From Lingula anatina (taxonomy: Eukaryota > Animalia > Brachiopoda): a DNA stretch of 64,000 bases. The DNA lies in NCBI GenBank assembly GCA_051362555.1, contig CM120641.1, forward strand, positions 1,984,001 through 2,048,000, written 5' to 3'. A model generated the notes under the pieces. That model made no database searches and was not told the DNA's origin. It was given only the letters and a program-made list of their open reading frames with translations. Within the stretch, counting starts at the first letter, position 1. Every line of letters begins with the position of its first letter. Both the position numbers and the translations under genes were made by a program. Shown in pieces: positions 1-13,130 of this stretch.

Positions 1-2324
1 ATTTCACATCATAGAACTTTTTTTTACTGAAGTCATAACTGTCAGTAAGCAACAACAAGGTGTCCTTTGGGTCTTGAATGAAGATGTGCAACTAAAAAAT
101 ATTTATATAATAAAGTAAGATATTAATAGATAAGGTACTAAAAATGATCATAACACATGGTAGCTGTTTGGTTTCTGAAAGCACATGCTAAAACTGTCAT
201 TGCATGGATCATTTGTGCCAGTGATTGTTGCTGCTAAGTACAATAAGTTGTGAACTCGGTGCACTGTAACTCATTGTTGCATGTTACAGCGACTGAGTGC
301 AAAAAATAAATGTAACATTTACAACTGTCACATCTGCCATGTGATTTACTAGTCAGTCATGGTGGAAGGTTAATTGTGTTGACTCACAGAGCTTGAGCAT
401 ACACAATAGTTGATTTATTGAATTAGAGGCTGTTTGGAACACAAGTGACTGGCACACTTAGTTCTGCTGCAGAATATAGCACTGTGAGAAGATGGAAGGT
501 ACTTTTTTCGAAACGTAAACCGGTTTTTAGACTTTCTGTAGGAGGTAGACAGTTTGGTTGCAGTGGAAGTCTTTGTTGTTTTTGAAATAAAGTATCCCTC
601 AGGCTCATAGGCTGGAAACAAGCACATGGTACTTGTCCTGTTTTTAGCCTAAACATGATTTAGTTAAATTGGTACTGAATGCAGCCATTACTCAGCTAAT
701 TTTAGTGAATCATCCATGGAAATAGGAAATGTTCAATATTATTTAAAGCAATAATATGCCTACAAGGAGATATATGTGTAACTTTTGCCTTAATTGTGTT
801 TGATAATGATGTATTTGCACAGTTTGCAAACCACTGAGAGTTAAGTGAAATCCTTTAACATACCATTTAGATTTTTTCGCCAGCCTTACAGCTGAAGAAT
901 TGCTGGACATCATTGTGAAGTTGAAGAACTAAAATTGTTTTTTCATGCTTGTTCATTTTTTAACCTTACACATGTAATTGAATGTGTAATTTGAATGCTT
1001 AGGTGGGTACGAAAGCAGGACAATATGCCTGTAAAAAGAACGCCAAAATCATATACAATTTTGGAAGATGAACCATTTGAACATCTGATTCTTCAAGAGC
1101 TGATTGTGAATTGTGTTGATTGTGCTCAGTCTCATCTAACACAATCAAACAATTCCTCACCTCTCATCTGCATCATCTCAGATCTCCACATGGCCACATC
1201 TGCCAGCTGTAGGCTAGACCAGGTCCATGTGTGTGCCAGTAGACTGAAAACATTCCAACAAAACCTTCTCATTTCCATTTGGTAATTCCTCGGGGGCCAT
1301 TATTGATTATTTTCAGGCAATTGCTAAGCCTCTGGCTCTCACCCTTTGACTGACTTGTGTTAATGTTCTGCAGCCTCAGAATTAAGTGGCTCAGTTGAAC
1401 AGTTAATGCTCCTGAACATTGACTTCATAACCAATATTAATTCTTCAGGGGTGTGATGGAATTGATCCAAAAGAAAAAGTTTTTTCTAGACATTTATTTT
1501 GAAATTTTGATGAATGTTTTGTCTAAAAAAGCATTTACATTACTTTTTGTTATCTTTTCACTTATTTAGAATTATGTGTGCTAAAATAATGTTTTTGATG
1601 ATGAAATAAATTTATTAAGAGTTAATTTATAGATTAATGGTCTTTTGAGGCCAATTTTTGTCACAGTTGGTAAGTGCACATAGTAGAAACGTAATCTTAT
1701 TTGTTTGATTGAAGTTGATTTAATGCTACAGTTCGTTTTAATCCAATGTAGATTTATTTTGCTTAATTACTGTTAGGTGAAGCATTGTAATAAAGCAATT
1801 AAAAAGCTTGACCTTTGTGGCAAACCTAAATTAAATGAAGTAATTTACAATAATTAATGCTCAGAGGAATTGATGTAATTACCCTGTTAATTATTCAGTT
1901 GACTGATTACATCATTATATTGGAGCATATGTCACTTAGTACAATAGCCGAGGCATTTTGTGAATAGGGCTGGGATAAATATGCTCAAGGAGTTAGAAAT
2001 ATCATTTCAAGTATGGTCAAAAAAACCATTTGATTTCATGTATAATTTTCATATGAAACAATTAGATAGTGCTTGTAATTCTATCAAAATTTAAGCACTT
2101 GTAAGAAACCAATTTTTCCTTCATTAAAAAGCTGTAAATACCCATATATACACTTAACTCCAGTCATGCCTTCAGTTCATGCACAGAGGCGAGGACTCAG
2201 TGACATTAATGAGAGCAGCACACCTGTTCTTGAGTACCTGAGTCTGGTGACAAAGACTTCCTCCGCTCATGCTGTATACCTGATATACACCTGACACAGG
2301 TGATATCATACCCGCTACATTACT

Positions 2325-2400
2325 ATAATATAATATAATATAATATAATATAATATAATATAATATAATATAATATAATATAATATAATATAATATAATA
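2325..2400. repeat. (TAATA)n pentanucleotide microsatellite
   Basis: About 15 perfect copies. Confidence 0.97.
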
Positions 2401-3844
2401 TTACACTCTACACTCAGATGTCAATGTTAAATACAGCTTCACAAACTGTATTGTTAAGTTTTTCCACTCTTTTATAATGAAAGATTTGTCAAAGTTTTCA
2501 TAACACTACAAACTTCATTATCTGCCGTAGGCTGGATCCTGTGTATTGGGTGTGAGATGGTTGATGTATTAGGTGCTATGTAATCAGTGCAGGAATGGGC
2601 TCCGGGAATGGGGCTTTGATGGTTGTATAATATGGTCTAATTTAATCAGGATCAGATTCTATTGATCCCTCGAAGCAGACAGCCTGCAAAGATGATAACA
2701 TTGCTGTTTATTTTTGGTTTTTATTTTTTCCACCACCCTGGTGTATTTGAAGTATTATCCTGATTCCCCCTCCTTTCCTTCTTCATAATTACTTCTACTG
2801 ACATGGCCTGTGATTCCTTGTATTACATTATAACCATTCTAAAGAATAAGAATTTTATGCCAGTCAGGAGAGTCAAATATTGAAAATCAGAACGTAATCT
2901 GAATTCATTCGAGGTCTTTATCCACCTGGCTGCACATCCATTTATGCTGTCTGTGCTGGATTGTCCATGTTCTCCATTTAGGCTATTTTGGTGATGGTTT
3001 AACACCTGTCACTTGCTAATAGTGGTAGTCACTGCTGTAATAGAGATCATCCACCACCTGCATTCTTAGCAGGGGTCAGTAGTGGACAGGTGCCCAAGAC
3101 ACTGGTATTAAGTCCTAATACCACGGCTTGCTTTATTTTACTGGAAAAGGTTCTGAAATGGTTTTAAAATCATATTGTGCAAAGGTCACAAATGTTGAGC
3201 CAGAATTGTGCAGATGTCAATCCTGGACTTCACAAGGAATGTTCTTTATCTTTTGATAGCAGATTTTATTAAACTAGTGTGATGTTTCCTTGTCTTTGTT
3301 ATTATAATAAAGTAAAATTGCAGATGCCGATACAAAGCTAAACATTTCCAAATTAGATTTCATGTGACAAGCTTAAATTAATGCAAATGTATTGGTTCAC
3401 TTACTCGTGCTTGGAAAAAAATTGGTAAAGCACCTTGACATGGATATTTCATTTGTAAAAGAAAAAAGGTAAATTTCATGTTTTCCTATTATAATTGACT
3501 ACTCTGTTGTGTTACTGTCAATTGTAGCTAAATTTGGAACATTTAGACCTTGACTATTTTTCCATCTTTCTCATCTCCACTGTACTCACTGTCCAGGAAA
3601 GAATTAAAGCACCAATTTCCAAGTTCACATTGCATATAGTTGACTGCTGTTTATGGGATTTTCTGCAGTGTGTGGTGGACTGTAAGCACTTGAGGGAGCT
3701 GGGGAGATGGAGGGCACAGGCAGGAGGAAACAAATCAATTTTTAAAGGCCAACACTAATCACCACTTGTACTGGTGTTCACTTTGACTTTATAGAATTTG
3801 AAGCCTGAAGACTGCAATATTACTACTGCTGAAGAGAGAAGCGT

Positions 3845-3998
3845 GTGTTTGTTAACCAACAATATTACTGTAATTGTTGATATAGAAGTTTGTGTTTGTT
3901 AACCAACAATATTACTGTAATTGTTGATATAGAAGTTTGTGTTTGTTAACCAACAATATTACTATTATTGTTGATATAGAAGTTTGTGCTTGTTAACA
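3845..3998. repeat. 47-bp tandem repeat, ~3.2 copies
   Basis: GTGTTTGTTAACCAACAATATTACTGTAATTGTTGATATAGAAGTTT at 3845, 3892 and 3939. Confidence 0.93.
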
Positions 3999-4107
3999 GG
4001 CCTGTAGCATATTGTTTGATATAATATATAAGGTGTGATGATAACAGGATTATTGCTTTAATGATTTATGATTAAATCTTTTATCATGTATACATTTGTC
4101 TGTTAAA

Positions 4108-4140
4108 GTGTGTGTGTGTGTGTGTGGGGGGGGGGGGGGG
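4108..4140. repeat. (GT)n followed by poly-G
   Basis: Seen directly. Confidence 0.9.
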
Positions 4141-5232
4141 TACATGCTATACTTTATTTTCACATATTTGCCACTTCATGCTGTAGATACATTACCTGTG
4201 GTTTGCTTTATCATTGTAAACATTTTAAAAACATCCTATCTCATGCAATATAAAATACACAGCATGCTGGCTCCACCAGAAATTACAATGACAATTATTT
4301 CTATATGAGAAATTTAAGATCCAACTTTGCTTAAAAGAACAAACCTTCAGGTAAAATATTAAGAGTCTCTCTATATATTTTGGAACCATGTCCAATATTG
4401 GCATTCTAGGTTGTAAAAGTAAATTGTTTGATTAAAATAATGGAGAAATATTTGAAAAATATCACACTTGTCTTGTGGCAGTGTCAGCACACATCTTGGC
4501 TAAATATGGCAGATTTCTGATATGTTACTAAAAAGTGCACTTGTTTTCCTCGTGCAAGAGAAGCACCAAGTGAATTGCCTTATTGCATGTTGCACGACAT
4601 CGCGAACAGTAGAGGCCTTGCAAGCGATTTACAAACTAATGCAGCATGTAATTTCTTCAAGGTTTCAGAATTTGCCCAGGCAACATTATGCACTAAGTCC
4701 TCATGGTCAGATGTAGTGTAGAGGAGTTGGGAGAATGCTTGCTATGCTGAACTTGGAACCACTCCTCTCTTGCACCCTCACACATTCTAGCTATGTGAAA
4801 AAAACAGTTTAGAAAATGATAATTGAAAATATTTTCTTGTTGAGTAGGTTGGTTCCAGTGTTTGTAGGTTTTTCATCTGGGGTCAATCTTGGCTGGCTTG
4901 CCAGGGTGGATGTTTGGCTCACCATTTCAGTTATTTACTTGGTGTCTTCACTATAATTAACACTGCACAATACAGATTTGAAATTGGTGTTAGTTTGATG
5001 CCATCATGAAGTGGTCATGAAGTTCATGAAACACGGCCCTAAGCAGCACCCATCTCGATAGCAGAATGATAATAGGCAGACCTGTTGTGAAATCTTTAGG
5101 TTTTTTCATAAAATTACGTAGTTTTGATCAGTATGCTCATTGTCAAGTGCTAACAGGCAGATGAGTTATCAGAGCACAAGAATATAGAAAGATATTGTGT
5201 ATCATGATGGGATCTGGGTACCTGACATACTC

Positions 5233-5352
5233 AACACAATATCACACCTAACACACTCGACACAATATCACACCTAACACAACAGAATATCACACCTAAC
5301 ACAATATCACACCTAACACAACAGAATATCACACTTAACACAATCAACACAA
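5233..5352. repeat. Minisatellite with AATATCACACCTAACAC core (17-bp family)
   Basis: The core is repeated about 5 times with variable linkers. Confidence 0.88.
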
Positions 5353-6153
5353 TGCTCCCTCCCCCTTGCTTAAAGGGTTGTGTAAATGGCTAATTATTCA
5401 TGATGGTAGATGAAAAAATGTGCAGCAAGCAGAGGCAGAGTAAGATTGACATTGTCTTTTTTGAAATGGTCCCAAAAACAAAGTACCTTGCACCACGACA
5501 TGAAAAAATACCCTTTATATAATGCTTTGTATTTTAGAAGAAAGCTCAGTTCCTTGCACTTGGATAGTTAAAACATCACTTACTATATTGAACTGCCTGG
5601 ATTAGAAAGGACAGATTTTATTGGTAAAAGCAGCCTTAGTAATGTCACTACAGTCATCCATCAGTCAGTCAATAATACACGCTGTTCTCAGCCATGTCTT
5701 ATGTGATAGCAATCACTTCCACCTGATTTAAACAGCATGCTGGTCAGACATAGAAAAGAGAGAACAGTTAGGCTATGACAGTCTTGATCTTCACACTAAT
5801 GAATCCAGGAACTTGTGACACTGCAGGGAATTTGCGACACAAATGAGATGTGGAAGGTCAGTCGTCAAAAGAAAGAAATGGAGATTGAGAAGATTTTGTT
5901 GATCCTGGATCTGTGTCTAATCTAATAAGGATTGAATGTGTTAGAACCTAACTGAACCTGATGACACACCATACAAGTGTAGTGTAAGAGAGATTAAGTG
6001 AACAGTGGAAGTGACAAGGCAAACCAAGGTGTGCTTTCTGGATTTTAACTTGGGTTGATAACGTACTTGTATGTATGTGTATGGAACGCATATACACATT
6101 ACACATTAGGATGTATACATGTTGATTGAACACACCCACATACGGCCCCCCCC

Positions 6154-6154
<1 letters not shown>

Positions 6155-6203
<49 letters not shown>
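6155..6203. repeat. (CA)n microsatellite
   Basis: Seen directly. Confidence 0.97.
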
Positions 6204-6207
<4 letters not shown>

Positions 6208-8227
6208 TGCAATATTATAGATGACCCTTGATATTACTGCAGCATGTGAAAGATTGAGTACAAAGCTTAAGTGACAGGTGGAAAAAGTGCAGTATTTGCC
6301 TTGTCTCTTTTCACTGACAATGTGGGATCTTCTCTGAAGCATGGAGAGATAAAATGATGCTTTGATCAGAAACTGGTGAGAGAGGATGATGGCTTGAGGT
6401 AGCCATTAGATGACACCTACTCTTTTGATGATCTTATAGTAGAAATAGAATATCTGTGAATAATAAGTGAATTTAATACAGATTATAATTAGACATTAAA
6501 ACTATTCATCTATAATAATGAAGAAGAAAATATAGGTAGATGCTGTTATTGTTGAAGTTAAATTATAAAATATTTGTAAATATGCAATCCATTAGAAACT
6601 TTTTTTATACGTGTAACTTTGAAACATAGTAATGGCTAAAATATGATAAAAATTCAAAGAACTCAGATTATTCATTGCAAGAAATAAAGAGAAAAACTGG
6701 AGGATTCAGTTTTATATGCCCCAAAGAACAAGATGACATACGAGAAAGGTGAAAGTCTGGTACGCTAGATTTTAAATTTGTGGTTCAATTTAGGCCTCAG
6801 CTGTGAAAATAATGGCCATTTTGAGGTCATTGTGTGGCTTTGTATTATTGGGTGTGGATCATCTTTTGGTGTTGTAGACTGTCAAAATTGTTCTTTAAAC
6901 ATTAACCATACACCACACATCTCATTTCTCTGTAAACAACAACCCATGATTTATAAAATAACAAAGTCAACATACTTTGATCCATGAAACTGTACAATAG
7001 TAGCCCAAATTGTAAACCTCCCATTAATATGATACTTTGCCAATACCGGGGGTCGGAGGTCGCTCGCCTCCAACAAAAGTTGACACCGTTTATTGGTGTG
7101 CCGGGCTTTTAGGCCAATTGTTGTTCTAACAAACATCCATTGTAAGGAGTAGCAGGGGAGCAATGGGGTGTGAGGCGGCTGAATGGTAATACTTAGTACT
7201 GGGTCAATATAGTGTGGAGGGTACGGAGGCTGTTCCCATCTGATGGACAGGCAGCGTGGACTGGACACTGCACTGGACGATATGATGTATTTGCCATTAA
7301 TGGATTAAATTGTGTGTGTTGATGACGGCTCTTAGAATCAGAGTGGTAAGGAAGTAGGAAAATAGTGTGTTGCATGGGATAGGGCTGGTCATACATAAAA
7401 TTGTGAAAAGAGAATATATCAGTCAAAATTGCTGTGCAAGGCTGATGAAGAGGAAACATTCAGACAGGGAAACTGACTGTTCTCATCAGTGTAATGGAGA
7501 AGACTTGGAGAGTGGTCACTACTGGCCATTAACAGGCTTTGGACAATGTCAGTGAGGAAGGAAAAGACCCTGCCTGGTTACCAGTGATACAAGCTACTTG
7601 ATTGGAAAATAAGGGCCTGCATATTGACACTCACAGTAAATTTAGAGGAGAATGGATAGTAAGAAATGGATGTTGGACAAAGTTTTACCGATGAAAATGA
7701 CATGACCAATGTCCAGATTGCTCGTTAGTGTTGATACTTACATAGTGCATATTGGTCATTACCATCATTGATGACTGCATGCCAGTGGACTCTGCTAAAA
7801 AATTCCATTCAGATTAAACACTTGGCTGGATCTTGATAAAGTTTCAGGTCTGAGGTCAGAAATAAAAACCGGATGTATGGTCAGCCTAGTGTGACAGTAG
7901 AAAACACTTGTAGGGGTTGCCAGTAGGTTCATTAATACAGGATTGGAAAGGGTCATTGACGAGGAGCAGTTTTAGTTGACTTTGGGCTTAATTTCATGGT
8001 CAGTACTAAGTTATTTCCTCTGAGATTCTTCACAGTAGAAAAGAATATGGATCGAGTGGTATTCACACACTTACAGAGGCTACAGGGGATTTGTGGTTCT
8101 AGATTTTCTTTGCTCATAAAAATTTAAAATGGTGTAAAAAATGGCTACCACAAGATTTTACCCCAAGTGATAGTGTCTGATGTGGTATTGTATTGTCTGG
8201 AAATTAAAAAAGACAATTTTTAAAGTA

Positions 8228-8360
8228 GACCAAGGAGTCGGTGATCAGTTAGATACCGTGGACAAGGAGGTGGTGATCAGTTAGATACCGTGGACAAGGA
8301 GCTGGTGATCAGTTAGATACCGTGGACAAGGAGTCGGTGATCAGTTAGATACCGTGGACA
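8228..8360. repeat. 32-bp tandem repeat, ~4 copies
   Basis: GGACAAGGAGnnGGTGATCAGTTAGATACCGT at ~8228, 8260, 8292 and 8324. Confidence 0.95.
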
Positions 8361-9599
8361 TTTAATGTGACCACAATGACTCAGTTATGAGATCACATGA
8401 TAAATGGTTATATACGGTGGACACAGTACACCTGTGAGGAGACTTCAAACTCCAACTCTGCCATATACGATGAATGGGAAACTGTAGACAGGAATGTTGA
8501 GTTGTAGAGTGGTAAGCTATAGACGGTTACTTCATCATTTCCAACAATGTGAACTGGAGATATATATATCTTAAAAGATGGAGTATGAATTGATCTGTAT
8601 TGAAAAATTGATTATCCTGATCTGTATTGAAAGATATAGATATCTTATATTGTGACTGGCAGTGACCAATGGTCCTTCCACTGGACAGAGGTCAGTGTCA
8701 TTGGTATCTTATGGACAGTGGTCTCCGACAGGCAATGAAATGAGAGGAGGTTTCTCAGGAAATTTTGAAAGTATTTCTGGAGGACACAATAGAACCGGAT
8801 CTTTCAATTGCTTATTTTAGTTATTGCAATGAAAAAGGAAAGGAAATTTGTATGAAAAATAACACATGCTGTGAGTTTGGCTCAGTACACTGGATGCAGG
8901 AAGATATTTCAGGAAGAGGGACTACCACAAGAATTGTCTTTGGTGTAAAGTAAGGAAGGTAAATCAGCGAAAAGAGAGGTTCAAGTCCTGGTAAGGCTGA
9001 CATATTCATGTATTTCAAACAGAGACCAGGAACGCTGGTTATATCATCAGAATATAATCAGCAGAATGAATTTGGTGAGTTTCTCCCTTTGGGACGAAAG
9101 GCCGTGCAATAATCATTATTCCAGGTTATTCAAAATTCAAGCCCCAACTCGGAATAACGTAACAACTCATTAAGAAGCATCTCCCAGTAGATTCCCTGTG
9201 GAAGTAAGTTCCGTGTGAGTCTGGTAAACTTGTGTATTAAAAGTTGCAAAACTATAGGAAAGCTCATAATTTGTGGGATGACTCAAAAGGATGCCACCAC
9301 AGGAACGCCAGGGGTGAAGATTCCCTAGAACCTGAACTCAAGCACAGATGTCTATTTGTGTAGTGCAATAGGAAATCCTTGTATTTCTACTTTATGACTC
9401 AAGCTCTTATAACACTGCTGCATATGGACACATTATTAGGAAAGATGAGAAAAGAGGTTAAGGATGTGATGTTTATTTGTTTTGTTTTTATTTTATTATT
9501 TCATTTGTGGACAAAATAGGTATTTGCATTCAAATGGAACACAGAAGAGAAGTGAGAAAGGCTGGATATAATGTAGGCAAAGAAAGATGTTATAGTCCA

Positions 9600-10690
9600 G
9601 GAAATTGGTGAAGAATTGTGCATTTTTTACCTACAAGCATGAAATTTGGCACACTTATGGACAATGAAATTATAAGCAAATTTGGATATATGGGCATGTC
9701 TGAAAATTCCAAAATGGCCGTCAAATCCAAGATGGCCGCCAAAATACCTTTTCAAATTAAAAATTCAAGTACATAGTCTTTTAGTGACTTAAAATATCAT
9801 ATAAAGGTTAGAAAACGCCATGGTATGAATCCTTCAGGTGTATAAAATCCAAAATGGCCGCCAAAAGTAAAAAAAACACTCCACTTATTCAAGATATCCA
9901 TTAGAATAGAAAATTCATCATGCACTTAAAACTACAAGCATAAAATTTGGCACAGTTGTGGACAATGAAATTCTGAGCAAATTTAGATGTATTGGCATGT
10001 CCAAAAATTCAAAAACGGCCACCAAATCCAATATGGCCTCCAAAAATAGGGTTTCTCATTCAAACTTCAAGTATATAGTCTTTTAAGGGCTTAAATATCA
10101 ATTAAAGGTTAAAAAACACCACAGTATGAATTCGGTATCAATATCTGTTTCTTTAGGAGTATTAAATCCAAAATGGCCGTCAATAATAAAAAGCAGTTCA
10201 CTAATCCAAGATATCCAGCAGAGTGGTGAATTCATCAAACTACAAGCATGGCATTTGGCACAGTTGTATAAAACGGGATTCCAAGCACTTCTGGATGATT
10301 GGACATGTCTAAAAATTCTAATATATGGCCCCCAAATCCAATATGGCCGCCACAAATACCCGTTCAAATGATAACTTCAAGTATATAATTCTATAATAGC
10401 TTAAGACAACATTTTTTGGTTAGACAAGACTATGGTTTGAATGAAGTATCAATATTTGTATCTTTAGGTGTATAGAAATCCAAAATGGCCTCCAAAAATA
10501 AGAAAAACAGGCCACTCACAGCAGCAGTATGGTGAATTCACCATGCAGTTAAAACTACAAGCATGAAAATTGGCACAATTGTAGAGAACAGGATTCTAAG
10601 CAATTTTTTTATATAGGGACATATCTGAAAATTCTAATATGGCCACCACAACCCTTTTAAAGTAAGAATTCTACTTCATAATCTTATAAC
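9600..10690 (+). repeat. Left subterminal tandem array of the transposon, ~300-315 bp unit, about 4 copies
   Basis: CTACAAGCAT...TTGGCAC recurs at 9631, 9932, 10240 and 10555, with many CAAAATGGCCGCC-type motifs. Confidence 0.9.
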
Positions 10691-12514
10691 AATCTTTTAT
10701 ATTTTTGGTTTGAAAACAGAGCTCAGTTTAGATGAATTATCAAAAACCGCTCCTTTAGTTACATTAAGATCCAAATGACCGTAAAAAGTGGAACAGAACT
10801 CCTTTTGATCAAGTTGTGACACCACATGCAGCAATTCTATAGTTGCCAAAGAATATGAAAATGTCAAGGTATTTTCACAAATAAGTTTTAAATTAACGAA
10901 AGTTATTTTATCAAGTAGGTGTTGCACATTTTATGGGCGATCAACCTATTACTTAAGTAAATGGACAATTTCTCAACAGAAGATAGCAGCTAGCTAGACC
11001 GAAATTGCAAGTTCATATGCTTTTAAAACATTTCTTTGTTTTCATTCAATTTGCAAGGGACTTAAATGTCACGTATTTTTCATTTCTACTTATTTCGTTA
11101 AATAATTTTCATTTATTCATGTGTGCCTAGCTTTAGTTGTGTTTCCCTCAGCTTTCTCAGAATTTGCCTAAAGCTATAGCTTCTACATGTAATTCACTTT
11201 CCCCAACAAAATACCAAGAGTGATTGGTCATTTTAACACCAGAAAGCATCAGTTTACATGCATGTGGGACAATAGGAATATGAAAGTGTGGTAGTGCATA
11301 CTTGTAAATGTAGGTTATTAGTGTGAACCCATATAGGACCAGTCTTCCTATTCTTCTGACTCCCCTCTCCACAGTTAGCAATTGCACACATAACTACGAA
11401 CAAATGTGGTAGGAGCTACCTACGAAAGGTAAGTTTTGTTATCTGGGTAAGTGAATACTCCCCATGGCTTCATTCTGGACTGTCCAAAATGACAATGATG
11501 CCGGAAATCGCGATGAATCTGTACCTTTTAACGTCCATATTGCACTAATTTCCTGGTATAATCCTCAGAATACACCGTGAATTTTTGAAGCTTTATATGT
11601 ATTAACTTTCTGAAGGATTTGAATTCTCTTATTATCATGTTCAGTTATTTGAAAGTATAAGTTTGTACCTAAAATAGTTGCCAAATGAACAAATGAAAAC
11701 CCAAAGTTTGGAGCCTACTTCTTTTTAGTGCATGAAGTTTAAAGCCTGCTATGCAACTCTTGGATAGAGCACGTATCAACACCTGCCCTCTGTTTGGGGT
11801 ATTTCTTTGCTCATCACTTTTCACTAAATTCTCAGTAGCCCTTACTGCGAATGTACTAAATCCATTTCTTAGAGCTGAAATTAGAAGCTTTTCTAATTTA
11901 CTTTTGAAGCACAAGATAACATCATAAGATTACCGAGTGCAACTATGCCCCTGCTTTTAGTACTTTATCAATGCACCACACCAAAATTGTTGAGACCTGT
12001 ATGTTTGATTAGCTGTCATTTTTGTAATATTTGTGAACATTTGATCACGAATGGTGATTTAAAAATCCGTCCTTACAGCACATTTATATTGTGAAGCGCC
12101 ATGCACTGATCTAGCTGAAGAATCATAACCAGCAAACAAAATTGGTACACCCGTACTTGCCTCTTTGAGGCTAAGTTATTTTGGTGTTTCTTTCACATTT
12201 TATGGATTTTGCACGATTTTTTTTTGGATTTTTTTTCTTAGAAAGGGGGGGGGGGGTCGCCCATGAGTGCCATTTAAGTAGATTGCTAACTGGGAAATGA
12301 TCTTAATGAGAATCCAGAGCAAAAGTTCAAACTACTTATGTTGGTTAAGCAAAAGAAGGACTGTTTTCAGTACATAATAAATGTATCACGCTTGATGTTT
12401 TTTACAAACTCTGTACAATAGCTCCTGCACAAGTAGGAATATGCTGAGTATACAGGTAGTTGCAAAGCCCACATGGCTATTCACGAGTGATTACAATTCA
12501 ATACATGTGGCCCG

Positions 12515-13130
12515 CTGACTTTTGGAGGCCATTTTGGATTTTAAAACCTAAAGAGGCAGATACTGATACTACATACATACTATGGTATTTTCTAACCATT
12601 AAATGGTATTTTTATAAAATACTATACAAATAACTTTCACAATGAAATGTTTTTTTTGGGGGGGCCATATTGAAATTGACTGCCATATTGGAATTTTCAG
12701 ACATGCCCCTATGTCCAACGTTTTTTAGAATCATGTTCTCCACAACTGTGCCAATTTTTATGCTTGTAATTGTAAGTGCTTGATGAATTCACCATACTAC
12801 TGCATATATTGAGTAAGTAGACTGCTTATTTTACTTTTGGAGGCCATTTTGGGTTTCTATACACCTATAGAAGCGGATATTGATAATTCATTCATAGCAT
12901 GGTATTTTGCAACTATAAAATGATATTTTAAACCATTATAGGACTATATATTAGAGGTTTTAATTTAAAAGAGTATTTGTGGCGGCCATATTGGATTTGG
13001 CGGCCATATTGGAATTTTCAGACATGCCCATATATCCAAAATGGCTTAGAATTCCGTTATCTACAACTGTGCCAAATTTCATGCTTGTAGGTAAAAAACG
13101 CACAATTCACCCTTTTTTCTGCACCAATTT
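12515..13130 (-). repeat. Right subterminal array of the transposon (inverted copies of the ~310 bp unit, about 2 copies)
   Basis: GTGCCAA...TGCTTGTA at ~12750 and ~13070, with GGCCATATTGGA motifs. Confidence 0.88.

Noticed and set aside
8228-8360. CRISPR-like 32-bp repeats
   Set aside because: The units are head-to-tail with no unique spacers, there are no cas genes, and the context is a eukaryotic intron.
9008-9074. ATG ORF ending at strong donor TTG|gtgagt
   Set aside because: It is phase 1 (or only 3 codons in phase 0) and does not fit exon 36687. A non-coding exon is not excluded.
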